NCBI GenBank assembly: GCA_049303795.1 | Contig: JBAQNM010000004.1 | Coordinates: 75,690-139,689 of the forward strand | Length of the DNA: 64,000 nucleotides | Direction: 5' to 3' | Source of the DNA: Candidatus Moraniibacteriota bacterium | GTDB taxonomy: Bacteria > Patescibacteriota > Minisyncoccia > Moranbacterales > UBA2206 | In this document: positions 38,052 through 47,904 of the stretch, in pieces | Layout of the letters: every line of letters begins with the position of its first letter | Position numbering within the stretch: the stretch's first letter is position 1 | Position numbers and translations under genes: made by a program | The notes under the pieces: model-generated | What the model was told of the DNA's origin: nothing | Seen by the model: the letters and a program-made list of their open reading frames with translations, nothing else | Database searches by the model: none

Positions 38052-39338
38052 TTAATCGTTTTTGACTTGTGGTTGCGGTTCATAAGCTTCCTTAATTACG
38101 TTGACCGCCCAGTCTTTCTTGCTTTCCAACCAGTTTGGGTAATCTTGGAAAAATCGCTTTTTGTTGTAAGCATAAAGCTGAACAACATCCAGCGGATTCA
38201 GCTCCGAAAGAAGCTGCCAAATAATCGCTTGCACTGTTGGTTTTAATTTTGCTTTTGGATGAATCAGCAATCGGCGTAGTTCCGGTGGCAAGTCTTTAAT
38301 AGCCCTTTTAGGCTCCTTGTCAAACTGGATCATAAACCGTTCTATCTGAAAAAATTCCGGCGGCAAGCCGTCTTTGAGACCGGCTGCCAGACTTTTTTTC
38401 TGATTTGGATTGAGTGATCCGAAGAATATCGTCGGACACTTTCGAAGTTGCGCCTCAATCAAAAGACATTCCCATATGCGCTCAAGAACCTCCGGACTTT
38501 TATGATAAAAACTCTCACTAACATCCAGTAATCCTTTTTCCTCCATGACCGATAAAAGATTTTCATCTGCCAGGGAATACGCTCCGGGAACACTACCCTG
38601 CAATTCTCTGAATTGAGCATCATTCTCGAGGATCAGCAGTCCATCTTGACTGCACTTATCATCCCGAAAAACATATGCTCCGCCAAAAGCCGCCGTCCAG
38701 AAACTGCAGATTCCGTCAACCGGAATGCTTGGTATAATCACTGATCTGCTCCTGAGATCGCCGAATGACTTGGCACTTTCGATTATTTTTCTGCGCAAGT
38801 TTTCGTCGAACCAGGAATCATCTTTTCGCATAAACTTGTTAACCAGAGTACGCTGATCCTGGGCGCCTTTAATGAGCCCACTTGATGCTGAAGTCCGAAT
38901 AATAACGGAATCAACAAAAAGCAGATCACCCGGATTAAGATAATGCGACAGGTTTTGGTCAATATCCAGAATCACTGCCGTCTCTTCTGTAATGTCCGCC
39001 ACTTGCCGGCTAAACCGTTGGAATACTTCTTCCATAAGCGACCGGCTAAATGAATAATACGGGTAATAGACAGTTTTTCCGTTTTGTTTTGGTGTTAAAA
39101 TAATATGAAATTGGTTCGCTCCACCGTGCGCCAGATAGAACATCTCGTTCTTTTCCTTGGCAATTTCAGGACTCCAACCGGAGCCGTCAATGCTAAACTC
39201 TGTAAGCATGGTTGGTGACAAACCAATTTCCCTAAGACACTCATTATAGCGATTTATGAGCGTCCCTGAATGAATCTGTATAAGATGCCGACCATACAAG
39301 CCAGCATCGATCAATTTCTGTAGTGCCTCCATGGGCAA
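38052..39338 (-). CDS. Island protein 3: hypothetical soluble protein (428 aa)
   Basis: Long ORF with GC-rich codon usage. Shares short motifs with 41254-42432 (e.g. DIDQNL / GIDQNL). Confidence 0.5.
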   Translation of the reverse strand: MPMEALQKLIDAGLYGRHLIQIHSGTLINRYNECLREIGLSPTMLTEFSIDGSGWSPEIAKEKNEMFYLAHGGANQFHIILTPKQNGKTVYYPYYSFSRSLMEEVFQRFSRQVADITEETAVILDIDQNLSHYLNPGDLLFVDSVIIRTSASSGLIKGAQDQRTLVNKFMRKDDSWFDENLRRKIIESAKSFGDLRSRSVIIPSIPVDGICSFWTAAFGGAYVFRDDKCSQDGLLILENDAQFRELQGSVPGAYSLADENLLSVMEEKGLLDVSESFYHKSPEVLERIWECLLIEAQLRKCPTIFFGSLNPNQKKSLAAGLKDGLPPEFFQIERFMIQFDKEPKRAIKDLPPELRRLLIHPKAKLKPTVQAIIWQLLSELNPLDVVQLYAYNKKRFFQDYPNWLESKKDWAVNVIKEAYEPQPQVKND

Positions 39339-39344
39339 CCTCCA

Positions 39345-41324
39345 TTAGCCATTTTTTTGGTTAAGAAAACGTTTCTTGGCCTCTTCCTGCCGATTAATTT
39401 CATCCACAATCGCTTGAATTCTACGCTCTTCATCAGCCGAAAGTATCCTTGTCATAGCGTCCAAGTATCGGAAAGATTCCTCGAGCCTGAGCTGGGAGAA
39501 CGAAAGTCCCTTCATATTACCCTTCATCATTTCAATCAGGATATTTTTCTTTGTTGCATAATCCTGACGGAAAAACTTTTCCGGATGTTCCCACCAGTCT
39601 TTCTCCAGGTCAAAATCCATAATCCTGGTACTGACTGCTTCTTGGATATTTCGCACATCCCGAGAAGAGAATAATGGAAATACCTTTTTGACTTCAAGAT
39701 GTAGTATCGCAAAGAAGCGATGCTCTGTCGGATCCGCTTCCCGAAGCACTTTTTCATAAATTTCGTTTATCCGCTGATCGGTAGGTTTTTCATATTTACC
39801 ACAAACCGATAAGAGGTTTGGTCCGAGTGCTTGGGCAGTCTTATACTCATACCCTTCCGGATCTTTCATATTAATAAACTTCGGATCCATCTTGGCGTAT
39901 TTTACCCACCAGAGGTAATCCTGATCCAGAAAGTCTTCCAAAGTTTTGGCACCATCGATTATCGCCCGAACTTTAATTCGGGAAAGGACGGCTTTGTCAA
40001 GTTGTTCCGGTATATTGGTGTATAGCTCAATCACTGAGTTGCCGTGATTGATAGCCGTAGCACCTTCTGTGTTGGTCAAAAATGCGCCGATTACTTCCCG
40101 CACTCCAGCAGATACGCCTGGTCTTGTTCTGTCCTCAAAATTGTTTTCGGCATCATCGGCCGGTGCGTAAATAATCCTATTCGGATCACGCATCGGATGC
40201 ATCCAATCCAACATCCTTTCTTTCGACCCTCCCTGAAAAGTTGAAACAACATTTTCAGGCATCGGCCAGAAAAGAAAAGGATAGCCTAATTGTTCGCAAC
40301 GGTCTTTGAGCATAGTCGCAATCGCTGCGATCAACATGCTTTTTCCTGTTCCAGGGATTCCATGCCCCAGCCGAACCGTTGAGAATCCCCTCAGTTCCTG
40401 CATAGGATTTTTCTTGGCAGTAAAATCATAACATAATAATCTTTCCACCAATCGATGAGCGTGGTGCTTAGCATCATGATTTCCCACGATTTCGGTAAGC
40501 TCCATTCGATTAAATTCTACTGTCGCACTACTCGAAATAACCTGAGAATCAAAACCATTAATATTAAATTCAGTTCCTTCCAGTTTATAATGGTTATTCT
40601 CAAAAATTTCCTTCCGATTAAGAGAGCCCAAGCGCATCTTAATGTCCTCAATGACTGCCTGAAAATAAAGTAGCGTCATTTTGACAAAAGCCACCTCCGG
40701 TTTAGTTTTGATTGTTTCCAGAAGATCAGTTGCATAGGCCGTGTAATAGAAAACCATACACGTCCCGGCTATTTGCGGAAGGGTAAAATCAGTTTCCGGT
40801 ATTCCATCAATCTGGTGGTTTACCGCCGAAACTTCTTCCGTACGGTATTTGGACAATTTCCAAACTACGTAATAGGCCGTGGCAAACATATAGACCGCCG
40901 AGGCTGTTTCCTTTATTTCATTAAATTCGGTTTTTTGCTTATCTGAAAGGATCTTTCTCTTATTCAGGGCTATGAGATTTTCCATGCCACTGTGACGATA
41001 ATATTCCCAGAACAGATGCATGCCGATCCGCAAACCCTGGCGGACGGTTGTCAGCACGTGAAGTACTGCTTCGTCCATCAGGAATGGATCGTTGTTGAAC
41101 TTTGGCGCGAGCTTCATCAGGGACAACTCTTTTTCGATCCCAGCCTCGGCTGCTTCACTCCACTGCTTGGCGCCAGGAACGTTCATAGTTAATCTTGCTT
41201 TTTTTGGCTTCCACAGCACTTTTGCAAGAAGGGCGGTAGCGTCCGTGGTGAATCTATTCAAATCTTGTTCTTTTATCGGCAGACAAGCTGCAATGGTTTT
41301 TTCCTGCATAGATATTCTCCTCAT
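39345..41324 (-). CDS. Island protein 4: AAA+ family ATPase (659 aa)
   Basis: Walker A LGHGIPGTGKSMLIAAIA, preceded by IVGNHDAKHHAHRL, with the following region arranged as in AAA proteins. The 5' end overlaps the 3' end of the upstream gene by ~70 nt. Confidence 0.55.
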   Translation of the reverse strand: MRRISMQEKTIAACLPIKEQDLNRFTTDATALLAKVLWKPKKARLTMNVPGAKQWSEAAEAGIEKELSLMKLAPKFNNDPFLMDEAVLHVLTTVRQGLRIGMHLFWEYYRHSGMENLIALNKRKILSDKQKTEFNEIKETASAVYMFATAYYVVWKLSKYRTEEVSAVNHQIDGIPETDFTLPQIAGTCMVFYYTAYATDLLETIKTKPEVAFVKMTLLYFQAVIEDIKMRLGSLNRKEIFENNHYKLEGTEFNINGFDSQVISSSATVEFNRMELTEIVGNHDAKHHAHRLVERLLCYDFTAKKNPMQELRGFSTVRLGHGIPGTGKSMLIAAIATMLKDRCEQLGYPFLFWPMPENVVSTFQGGSKERMLDWMHPMRDPNRIIYAPADDAENNFEDRTRPGVSAGVREVIGAFLTNTEGATAINHGNSVIELYTNIPEQLDKAVLSRIKVRAIIDGAKTLEDFLDQDYLWWVKYAKMDPKFINMKDPEGYEYKTAQALGPNLLSVCGKYEKPTDQRINEIYEKVLREADPTEHRFFAILHLEVKKVFPLFSSRDVRNIQEAVSTRIMDFDLEKDWWEHPEKFFRQDYATKKNILIEMMKGNMKGLSFSQLRLEESFRYLDAMTRILSADEERRIQAIVDEINRQEEAKKRFLNQKNG

Positions 41325-42432
41325 TGTAGGTATATTTTATTGTGTCTTTAAAGGCAGCGAAGTCACCATTCTTATCCATGAGTTGTCGTAAATAATGTGG
41401 CAACAGCATGTAATGGTGAATTTGCGAGGCCTTCTTTTCATAGCATTCCAGATCTGTTTCCGGGATATAAAATATTTCCCGAAGTTGGCCCAGAGAAAAC
41501 GGGCTCTTCGATCTTTTTTGTTCTTGCGAAATAACAATCTCGTCGCAGAACGTGAAGATAAAATCGTCAGGGCTCTCTGCGTTTTGAACCAACAGGTTGT
41601 GAAGCGCATAAGGATCTCTTGAAAACGATTTTGTACAAATCGGTCCCAACATAATCCGTTTGATTGATTTCGGGTGAATGTCCTTCAAGTTTTGATCAAT
41701 TCCCATTGCCATTATGCCGATAGGCGGAACCCGAGAACCTTCAGCCTGGACAATTTCCAGAAACTTATCGTAATTGGGTCCTTTTTCTGTCAATGAGTTA
41801 GCCTCCTGATCCTGGTCGAACGCCATAATACAAATGTTGGGTTTATTGCTGGCAAAATCATAGCCAGCCCAACTGAAAATGTAATGGCGAAATTCTTCAC
41901 TTTCTCCTGTCAGAATTAAATTCCCGGGAATGAAAGTAAGGAAGATACTGGGATCAAGTTTTTCGAAAAAATATCTCTGACCAAGTTGCGCCAGAATTTC
42001 CGGAGATTCTTCCTGCTGCTTAAACATGAAATCAAGCAAACCACTTTTCAAATTAACAAGAGATGGCAGTTCATTTAATTTTTGTTCACGCATTCTGAGG
42101 TCCACCTCCAGAGCACCAATTTCCTGATAACTGGGAAACCCAGAATCAGAAAGATCAACGATTAGCGTATGCTCGGGATCGTAGGTATATTTCCGTCGAA
42201 GCGCTCGGATAGTTCCGAGCAATTTTTCCAGAAAACCTGTAACGATTCCCGGTTCGTAATTTTTTCGTCCCGATTCCACTGCCTGGCATTGAAAAACGGC
42301 CAAGAGCATTTGAAAAATGGAATATAATTGATTGAAATACTGGGCATATTCATCCCTGTTTTTAAGCTTTTCCAGTTTAAACTGGGATAATCCTTCATTC
42401 CAGACATCTTGACCTGTGCCATTTTTATTCAT
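41254..42432 (-). CDS. Island protein 5: hypothetical protein (392 aa)
   Basis: Long ORF. Weak similarity to island protein 3. Confidence 0.5.
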   Translation of the reverse strand: MNKNGTGQDVWNEGLSQFKLEKLKNRDEYAQYFNQLYSIFQMLLAVFQCQAVESGRKNYEPGIVTGFLEKLLGTIRALRRKYTYDPEHTLIVDLSDSGFPSYQEIGALEVDLRMREQKLNELPSLVNLKSGLLDFMFKQQEESPEILAQLGQRYFFEKLDPSIFLTFIPGNLILTGESEEFRHYIFSWAGYDFASNKPNICIMAFDQDQEANSLTEKGPNYDKFLEIVQAEGSRVPPIGIMAMGIDQNLKDIHPKSIKRIMLGPICTKSFSRDPYALHNLLVQNAESPDDFIFTFCDEIVISQEQKRSKSPFSLGQLREIFYIPETDLECYEKKASQIHHYMLLPHYLRQLMDKNGDFAAFKDTIKYTYNEENIYAGKNHCSLSADKRTRFE

Positions 42433-42511
42433 GTCAGTTCATCCTTTCTCTGTAAAAATGGGCAGGCTTTTTGGGCCTGCCCGGTTTTGGTTGATTTGTT
42501 GAAGCCGGTTG

Positions 42512-43870
42512 CTAATTAGCGCCCGGTTGATTATCCGGTTGATCTTCGACGTAACGAAAATACGATGTCGAAAGTGGATCAATAAGATATTTCTCCTTAA
42601 ACAACTGCCTGGCCTTGTCTTCCCGAAGGCGGATTTGTTGGATTGCCTCTGCTTGAGCAGCTGCGGCCTTAATAACCTTGGCTACCCGATCAGGCTGATT
42701 TTCCACTTTTTGCATCCGGACATTATCGCTCGCAGCGCCAGCACTGGCCATATATTCTACATTTGATTGGTCGATGGCTGCGCCCATATCGTCCAGTTGC
42801 TTGGCAATATCCTGATCAGACATCGCCTTCATCGCTTCCAGCCTGGACTTAAACGTGACCACCCTTTCCTGGGTGTCCGAACGCAGTGCCGTAATCCACA
42901 TTATGTGGTTATCCCGCAACTTCATCTGGGTACGTTCGTGCACCTGGAGCTCTTCGGCGAATTTTTCTTTCGATTGAAAGAGAATCAGTGCCGTGTTTCT
43001 GCGGCCCCTGATATCTTCCACCTCCGACCGAAGGTTTGAAACTTTTGTGTCCTGAGCGGCGTACTCAGGACTTCCATTAAGAAAAGTGCCGAACATCTCT
43101 TCTTCTGTTTGCAGTTCGGCTTCTTTCTCCTGGAGTTGCTGATCCAGGGCCTCTAATGCCCTGGCCGCCTCTTCTTTGATCCGGAATGCTTCTGCTTTTC
43201 GGGTTTGAACGGCCACCAGTTGTTTTTCAATGGCTTCTTTTCTTTTCTCCATGATTCCAATGGTCTGTTCGACCTTATATTGGAAATCTTGGAGAGATTC
43301 TTCCATATTTTTGGTTTGCAGTCGACGACGAGCCCGCCGTTTGGCTTCAGCTTTGGCATCTTCAATACCTTGCTTGGCATTTGTGATTGCCTGATTCGCC
43401 TGGGCAATAGCCTTTTCGCGTCGGTGCAAAAAATTCCACTTCTGGCCAGCTTCTTCGAGTTTAACATTGGCACTTCCGAGTTTGGCTTCCGCGTCGGTGA
43501 CCAGCTTCAATTCCTCGGCATTGGGTCTCATGAGAACTGCATATTCAGCTCCCATCGATTCCAAAATTGCGTTGAGCCCGAAGACCGCATTGGCCAGATC
43601 CGCTTCTTCTTCCTTGATCGATTCCCGTAAAGAAGCAAAATCAGCCTTAAGTACTTTCATTCGGATGTCACGCTCGTGCTTATCCTTAATCTGCTCAGCT
43701 TGTTCGAACTTCGCTTTCAGTTCGTCAAGCTTGGTGTCGAGGTTTCTTTGCGCCGGTTTTTCCAGGGTTTGGATCGATGCCTCGGTATCTTTGAGAAGAT
43801 TCTGAAGCATATCCATTGATACGCCTGCTACTCCGCCTTGTCCTGTGGTCGTTCCTACATAATCATTCAT
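42512..43870 (-). CDS. Island protein 6: long coiled-coil protein (~452 aa), possibly TelA/PspA-like
   Basis: Start assigned to the ATG at 43870 with SD AAAAGGAGGAAG (revcomp of 43874-43886). Sequence is dominated by heptad-like E/K/A/Q/L repeats. The family guess is tentative. Confidence 0.5.
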   Translation of the reverse strand: MNDYVGTTTGQGGVAGVSMDMLQNLLKDTEASIQTLEKPAQRNLDTKLDELKAKFEQAEQIKDKHERDIRMKVLKADFASLRESIKEEEADLANAVFGLNAILESMGAEYAVLMRPNAEELKLVTDAEAKLGSANVKLEEAGQKWNFLHRREKAIAQANQAITNAKQGIEDAKAEAKRRARRRLQTKNMEESLQDFQYKVEQTIGIMEKRKEAIEKQLVAVQTRKAEAFRIKEEAARALEALDQQLQEKEAELQTEEEMFGTFLNGSPEYAAQDTKVSNLRSEVEDIRGRRNTALILFQSKEKFAEELQVHERTQMKLRDNHIMWITALRSDTQERVVTFKSRLEAMKAMSDQDIAKQLDDMGAAIDQSNVEYMASAGAASDNVRMQKVENQPDRVAKVIKAAAAQAEAIQQIRLREDKARQLFKEKYLIDPLSTSYFRYVEDQPDNQPGAN

Positions 43871-44136
43871 CTGACTTCCTCCTTTTAGGTTATACTTCAA
43901 TAATGCACCATACATACAACTAATAATACGGGTACTCTTGCTAATAAAAACTCCTTTTATGTTTATATTATTATTCAATAGTAACTATTAGATTGTCAAT
44001 GAGCTGTAAAAAATCAGCTATTCTTCCAATTTTTCTTGGAAAAATTTATACTGATTTTTACGCTTCAATAAAGGCAATTAATAAGCCTCTGGCTAAAGCC
44101 TAAAAACCAATCACTGGATTGCTTAATATACACCAA

Positions 44137-44160
44137 AAGCTATTGATTTGTCAATAGCTT
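44137..44160. promoter_or_regulatory. Perfect 10 bp inverted repeat AAGCTATTGA-TTTG-TCAATAGCTT upstream of the island operon
   Basis: Seen directly. A related half-site GATTGTCAATGAGCT occurs at 43993-44007; its revcomp contains TTGACA. Confidence 0.4.
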
Positions 44161-44260
44161 GCACAGCTAACACACCAAAGACACCTTTGGCATGATATCA
44201 AGGATAAAATTTGCTAGTTGATAATCAAACAACCAGTAAAAATTCAATATTTGGCCAAAC

Positions 44261-44288
44261 AAAAAAACGAAGTGAGTCTCGTTTTTTT
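44261..44288. terminator. Weak bidirectional terminator-like hairpin at the right edge of the island
   Basis: A-tract, then aaaacga - agtgagtc - tcgtttt, then a T-tract. The stem is AU-rich. Confidence 0.3.
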
Positions 44289-44300
44289 ACTTGTAGGTAT

Positions 44301-45350
44301 TTAATTTTTCGCTTCAAACTGCTTGAAATAATAATCCACATCATCTATCCATTTTTGCACCGCTTTTGGATTATCCCAGGAACAATCATAACCGCACTTC
44401 CAAGGCAAAACCATTTCCTGTGGTGTATCAATTTTTTCATTATAAACTAAAGAGCCAATTCTTTTGGATGCGCTATCAACGGCATCCTTAACACTATCAA
44501 AACAAGTATGCCCACCTGTTCCCATACGCTCTCTTTTTTTGCGAAATCCCCAATAATTATAACAATCTTCTCCATCCAAAACCGGAACGTGCACACCCCA
44601 AGAACTTTCCTTTTTAGCAATCGCTACCAGAAATATCGCCACGACTCTATCTTGCTTGGCAATTTCAGAAACCATTTGTTCAATTGGATAACCCTTAACC
44701 ATTTCTCTTAATTTTTGTTCGAATTCAGCCGTTTCTTTATTTGACAATTCAGCTAAAAGCTTTGCAGTATATTCATTTATTTCTTTTTGGACAGCTTCTT
44801 CATCAATCGCCTGCGCACCTAAAACCATTTCTGCTGTTTTATTTTCTGCTAATTGCTGGGTCTCATGAGCACTGGCTCCTTGACCAAGATAACGATAGAT
44901 CATCGTCATCAAAAACATCCCAAAAATTAGCGAGGTGACAAGCGAGATATTCCACATTCGAACCATTCCAACTCCGTGAGTATATCCACTAAGTGCATCT
45001 TTTATATATTGCAACAAACTAGAATAACGCTCTTTCAAATCAAAATAACTTGGATTTTCTTTTCTCCAATAAATCCGTTTTCTGGCTTTGCGAGATAAAA
45101 CACAATCCACATTTCCCGTGAAAGATAATCTTTTTTCTCCAGCACGCATTCTCCGCAGCTCTGATTGAGTGAAATATAACTTTGAATCGCTGGTTGTGAA
45201 GTTATTTATTTTTCCATATTTATTAGAAAACAAAACCGAAGAATTTTTGTTCTTCAGAATAAATTGAGTCAAATTATAATCAAATTCTCTCAGTTTTTTT
45301 CGCTCGCGAGAGATGCCATCAAAAGAAAAGTTTTTTTGTATTTTTTGCAT
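44301..45350 (-). CDS. Membrane-anchored lysozyme-like/transglycosylase-like protein, paralogue 2
   Basis: VAIAKKESSWGVH...DCYNYWGFRK...CFDSVKDAV...IDTPQEMVLPWKCGYDC...VQKWIDDV, collinear with 34880-35578. Confidence 0.4.
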   Translation of the reverse strand: MQKIQKNFSFDGISRERKKLREFDYNLTQFILKNKNSSVLFSNKYGKINNFTTSDSKLYFTQSELRRMRAGEKRLSFTGNVDCVLSRKARKRIYWRKENPSYFDLKERYSSLLQYIKDALSGYTHGVGMVRMWNISLVTSLIFGMFLMTMIYRYLGQGASAHETQQLAENKTAEMVLGAQAIDEEAVQKEINEYTAKLLAELSNKETAEFEQKLREMVKGYPIEQMVSEIAKQDRVVAIFLVAIAKKESSWGVHVPVLDGEDCYNYWGFRKKRERMGTGGHTCFDSVKDAVDSASKRIGSLVYNEKIDTPQEMVLPWKCGYDCSWDNPKAVQKWIDDVDYYFKQFEAKN

Positions 45351-45376
45351 TGGTTATCTTATGCTTATCTGCTTTT

Positions 45377-46225
45377 TTATCTTTTTACATTATACCATTT
45401 TTTTATCTTTTTCCAAAACATTATCCCCAGCCCACTGAAAAACATAATTACACTGAAAATTTGTCCCAAGGTTAAGCCAAAAAAAAGAAAACCTATTTGT
45501 GAATCGGGCTCCCGATAAAATTCACCGAAAAAGCGTGCAGTGGCATAAGCACATAGATAGATTGCGGCAAGCTTTCCTTGAAAAACCTTACTATTTCTAA
45601 TTGTCCAAAGGAAAATAAATACTACAATGCCTTCAAGAAACGCTTCATACAATTGCGATGGGTGACGCAGAAGATGCAATTCATCATCTGGAAAATACAT
45701 TCCCCACCATTTTTCAGTTACCCGACCATACAACTCTCCGTTTAGAAAATTACCAAGGCGACCAAAAAAATACCCTGCGGGAATTGCAGGGACAGAAAAA
45801 TCAATCAAATCCCAAAATTTAAGTTTATTTCTTCGAGTGAAGATTATGGCAAAAATTATTGCTCCAATCAATCCTCCGTGATAACTCATTCCGTAAATAC
45901 CAACCAAATTTCCTGTTGATAAATCAAATGGAGATATGATGGCTAGCGGGTTAGAAATGTAGTAAAAAAAATTATAGAAAAAAACATAACCCAATCTGGC
46001 TCCAACCACAACTCCAATAAAACAGAAAATTAAAAAGTCAAACAACTGACTCTTAGACAATTTTCCCTCACCCAATGCCAATCTTTTTTTTAATAAAAAA
46101 TACACAACTAAAAAAGCCACTAGATACATCATGGCATACCAACCAAAAGAAAAAGGACCAATCCATACAATCTCTGGGTTTATTTGAAAAGGAATATACT
46201 GATAGAATTCAATAAATTTACTCAT
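45377..46225 (-). CDS. lgt: Prolipoprotein diacylglyceryl transferase
   Basis: Polytopic membrane protein with YGMSYHGGLIGAII...FGRLGNFLNGELYGR signature. Confidence 0.85.
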   Translation of the reverse strand: MSKFIEFYQYIPFQINPEIVWIGPFSFGWYAMMYLVAFLVVYFLLKKRLALGEGKLSKSQLFDFLIFCFIGVVVGARLGYVFFYNFFYYISNPLAIISPFDLSTGNLVGIYGMSYHGGLIGAIIFAIIFTRRNKLKFWDLIDFSVPAIPAGYFFGRLGNFLNGELYGRVTEKWWGMYFPDDELHLLRHPSQLYEAFLEGIVVFIFLWTIRNSKVFQGKLAAIYLCAYATARFFGEFYREPDSQIGFLFFGLTLGQIFSVIMFFSGLGIMFWKKIKKWYNVKR

Positions 46226-46278
46226 TTACTTTTTTTGAAATATGTCAGACAATCATTTTGTATCCTTTTTTTCAATTT

Positions 46279-46893
46279 CTATTCAAAGCAACAATCGACT
46301 GCTTTACGCACAAGTTCACCCAGTTTTCCCATAAAATTACTATTTCCGGATTTATCAAGTTTATTTTCTGAAACGATGGATGCTGAATTATGAGCATTAT
46401 TACCGGAAGAATGATTAACTTCTTTTTTTATTTGATCATGTTTATTCAGGGCTTCCACATCAATCTCTTTTATATCTCCAGTATTAATCACTTTCATATT
46501 AATTCCCCAAAAAAGAGAATAGAGATCATAGGCTTTTTGAAAAAGCTCATGCGCTTTTTCTTTCCTACCCATGCCTTGTTGTTTAGTTCCCACTTCCATC
46601 AGTCGCATTGAAGCTGCCAAAAGATGCTTGGAAATACACCATTCCTCTCCTTCCGGATTCTTGACTATTTCGCGAAGCAAATCACCACGCATCTTACGCA
46701 CTTCTTGCAACAGATCAAAATAGCCGGGCTTTTGCAATTTCGCCCCGGTAAAAAAGAAATGCTCTTCGATGCTGACCAAATTCATAATGGCAATAGACAG
46801 ATCCTGATCAGATGAAAGATCAAGTTTATCTTGCTTTTTCATATGATCCACTTTTTCAATCAACTCGTTAAGATTTTTAATTTTATCCTCCAT
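46279..46893 (-). CDS. Hypothetical protein (204 aa)
   Basis: Long ORF, no recognisable motif, ends in CCFE. Confidence 0.4.
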   Translation of the reverse strand: MEDKIKNLNELIEKVDHMKKQDKLDLSSDQDLSIAIMNLVSIEEHFFFTGAKLQKPGYFDLLQEVRKMRGDLLREIVKNPEGEEWCISKHLLAASMRLMEVGTKQQGMGRKEKAHELFQKAYDLYSLFWGINMKVINTGDIKEIDVEALNKHDQIKKEVNHSSGNNAHNSASIVSENKLDKSGNSNFMGKLGELVRKAVDCCFE

Positions 46894-46899
46894 ATATTT

Positions 46900-47421
46900 T
46901 TAATTTAGAGTTAAATAATAAAATAGTCCGCTAGCTATAAATAATATTACCAATGGGATAATAACTTTTTGAAAAGGAAAGTAGACTTTTCCGCCATTTC
47001 TTTGTTTAAGTTTAAAACTAAGAATGCCACCGAAAAAAAATAAAATACTGCCAATAATCATGCCCAAAACTAATTTATCGATACCCCAAAAACTGTGCAT
47101 CGGCTGTCCAATTAAGTTCTTCCAATATAATGGAGCAACGGTGAGAAAATAAAAAGAACCAAAAATAATTGTTCTTTTTCCAAAAAAATTAATTTTTTTC
47201 TTAGCAAGATATTCTATAGTCCACATCGATAAGGAAACAAGCAAAGCACCAATCCAGAGACCGGTGACAGTATCATCAATACCCAGATAATTTGAAAGTT
47301 CAAGCCCCGCTCCAACTGCAACGACGCAAACTGGACAAAAGGCCTGCGCTGAAAAAATAGGCATCAAGCTTAAGCCAGTGAGTAAGAAAAGGAGTTTTTT
47401 TCTAAAAAAATTATTGAACAT
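46900..47421 (-). CDS. Membrane protein with CPVC motif after first TM helix (possible redox partner; not a canonical four-Cys DsbB)
   Basis: Four hydrophobic helices. FCPVCVV lies at the predicted outer face. Only one Cys pair is present. Confidence 0.35.
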   Translation of the reverse strand: MFNNFFRKKLLFLLTGLSLMPIFSAQAFCPVCVVAVGAGLELSNYLGIDDTVTGLWIGALLVSLSMWTIEYLAKKKINFFGKRTIIFGSFYFLTVAPLYWKNLIGQPMHSFWGIDKLVLGMIIGSILFFFGGILSFKLKQRNGGKVYFPFQKVIIPLVILFIASGLFYYLTLN

Positions 47422-47803
47422 TTATTTTATCTTTAAAAAATTGGATTATTTCATCTTGACCTAAATAACATTTTCCGTCTGTCCAAAGAAATGGCACCTT
47501 TCCATTTTTTTCTTTTTCCCAATTACAAGACTTCTGTTTATCTACCATTAAATTAGCATTGGCGCTATCGCTACCAACCTCCCGCTGAGAAAAAGAAATT
47601 TTGTCTTTTATATTATTATCTGCAATGTATTTTTCCACTATCTTACAATGAGAACATTCATTGCTGTAAAACAAGATGATTGCTGAATCATCTGTTGTTG
47701 AAGCGCAACCACTAAAAATAGAAGCGGCTAGAAACAAAAAACTACCTAAAATAATTTTCTTCATAAAAAAATAAAAATAACTTTTTAAACTTGCAAAATA
47801 CAA
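47411..47803 (-). CDS. Thioredoxin-like lipoprotein with CxxC (CSHC) active site
   Basis: Lipobox FSGC after the signal peptide (alternative start at MKKIIL, 47761). ILFYSNECSHCKIVEKYIADNNI is a thioredoxin/glutaredoxin-like CxxC context. Confidence 0.55.
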   Translation of the reverse strand: MYFASLKSYFYFFMKKIILGSFLFLAASIFSGCASTTDDSAIILFYSNECSHCKIVEKYIADNNIKDKISFSQREVGSDSANANLMVDKQKSCNWEKEKNGKVPFLWTDGKCYLGQDEIIQFFKDKINVQ

Positions 47804-47904
47804 CTAATTAGAATTATACCAATAAAACTATTATACAACAAGTTTGGCACAAAAAAAACAGCCCCGATTGCTCAGGACTGCTTTTTTAAGTTTCTAAAGA
47901 TAGA

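Noticed and set aside
42512-43978. Longer 488 aa version of the coiled-coil gene starting at 43978
   Set aside because: The first 36 codons lack an SD and overlap the candidate promoter. The internal ATG at 43870 has a perfect AAGGAGG SD.
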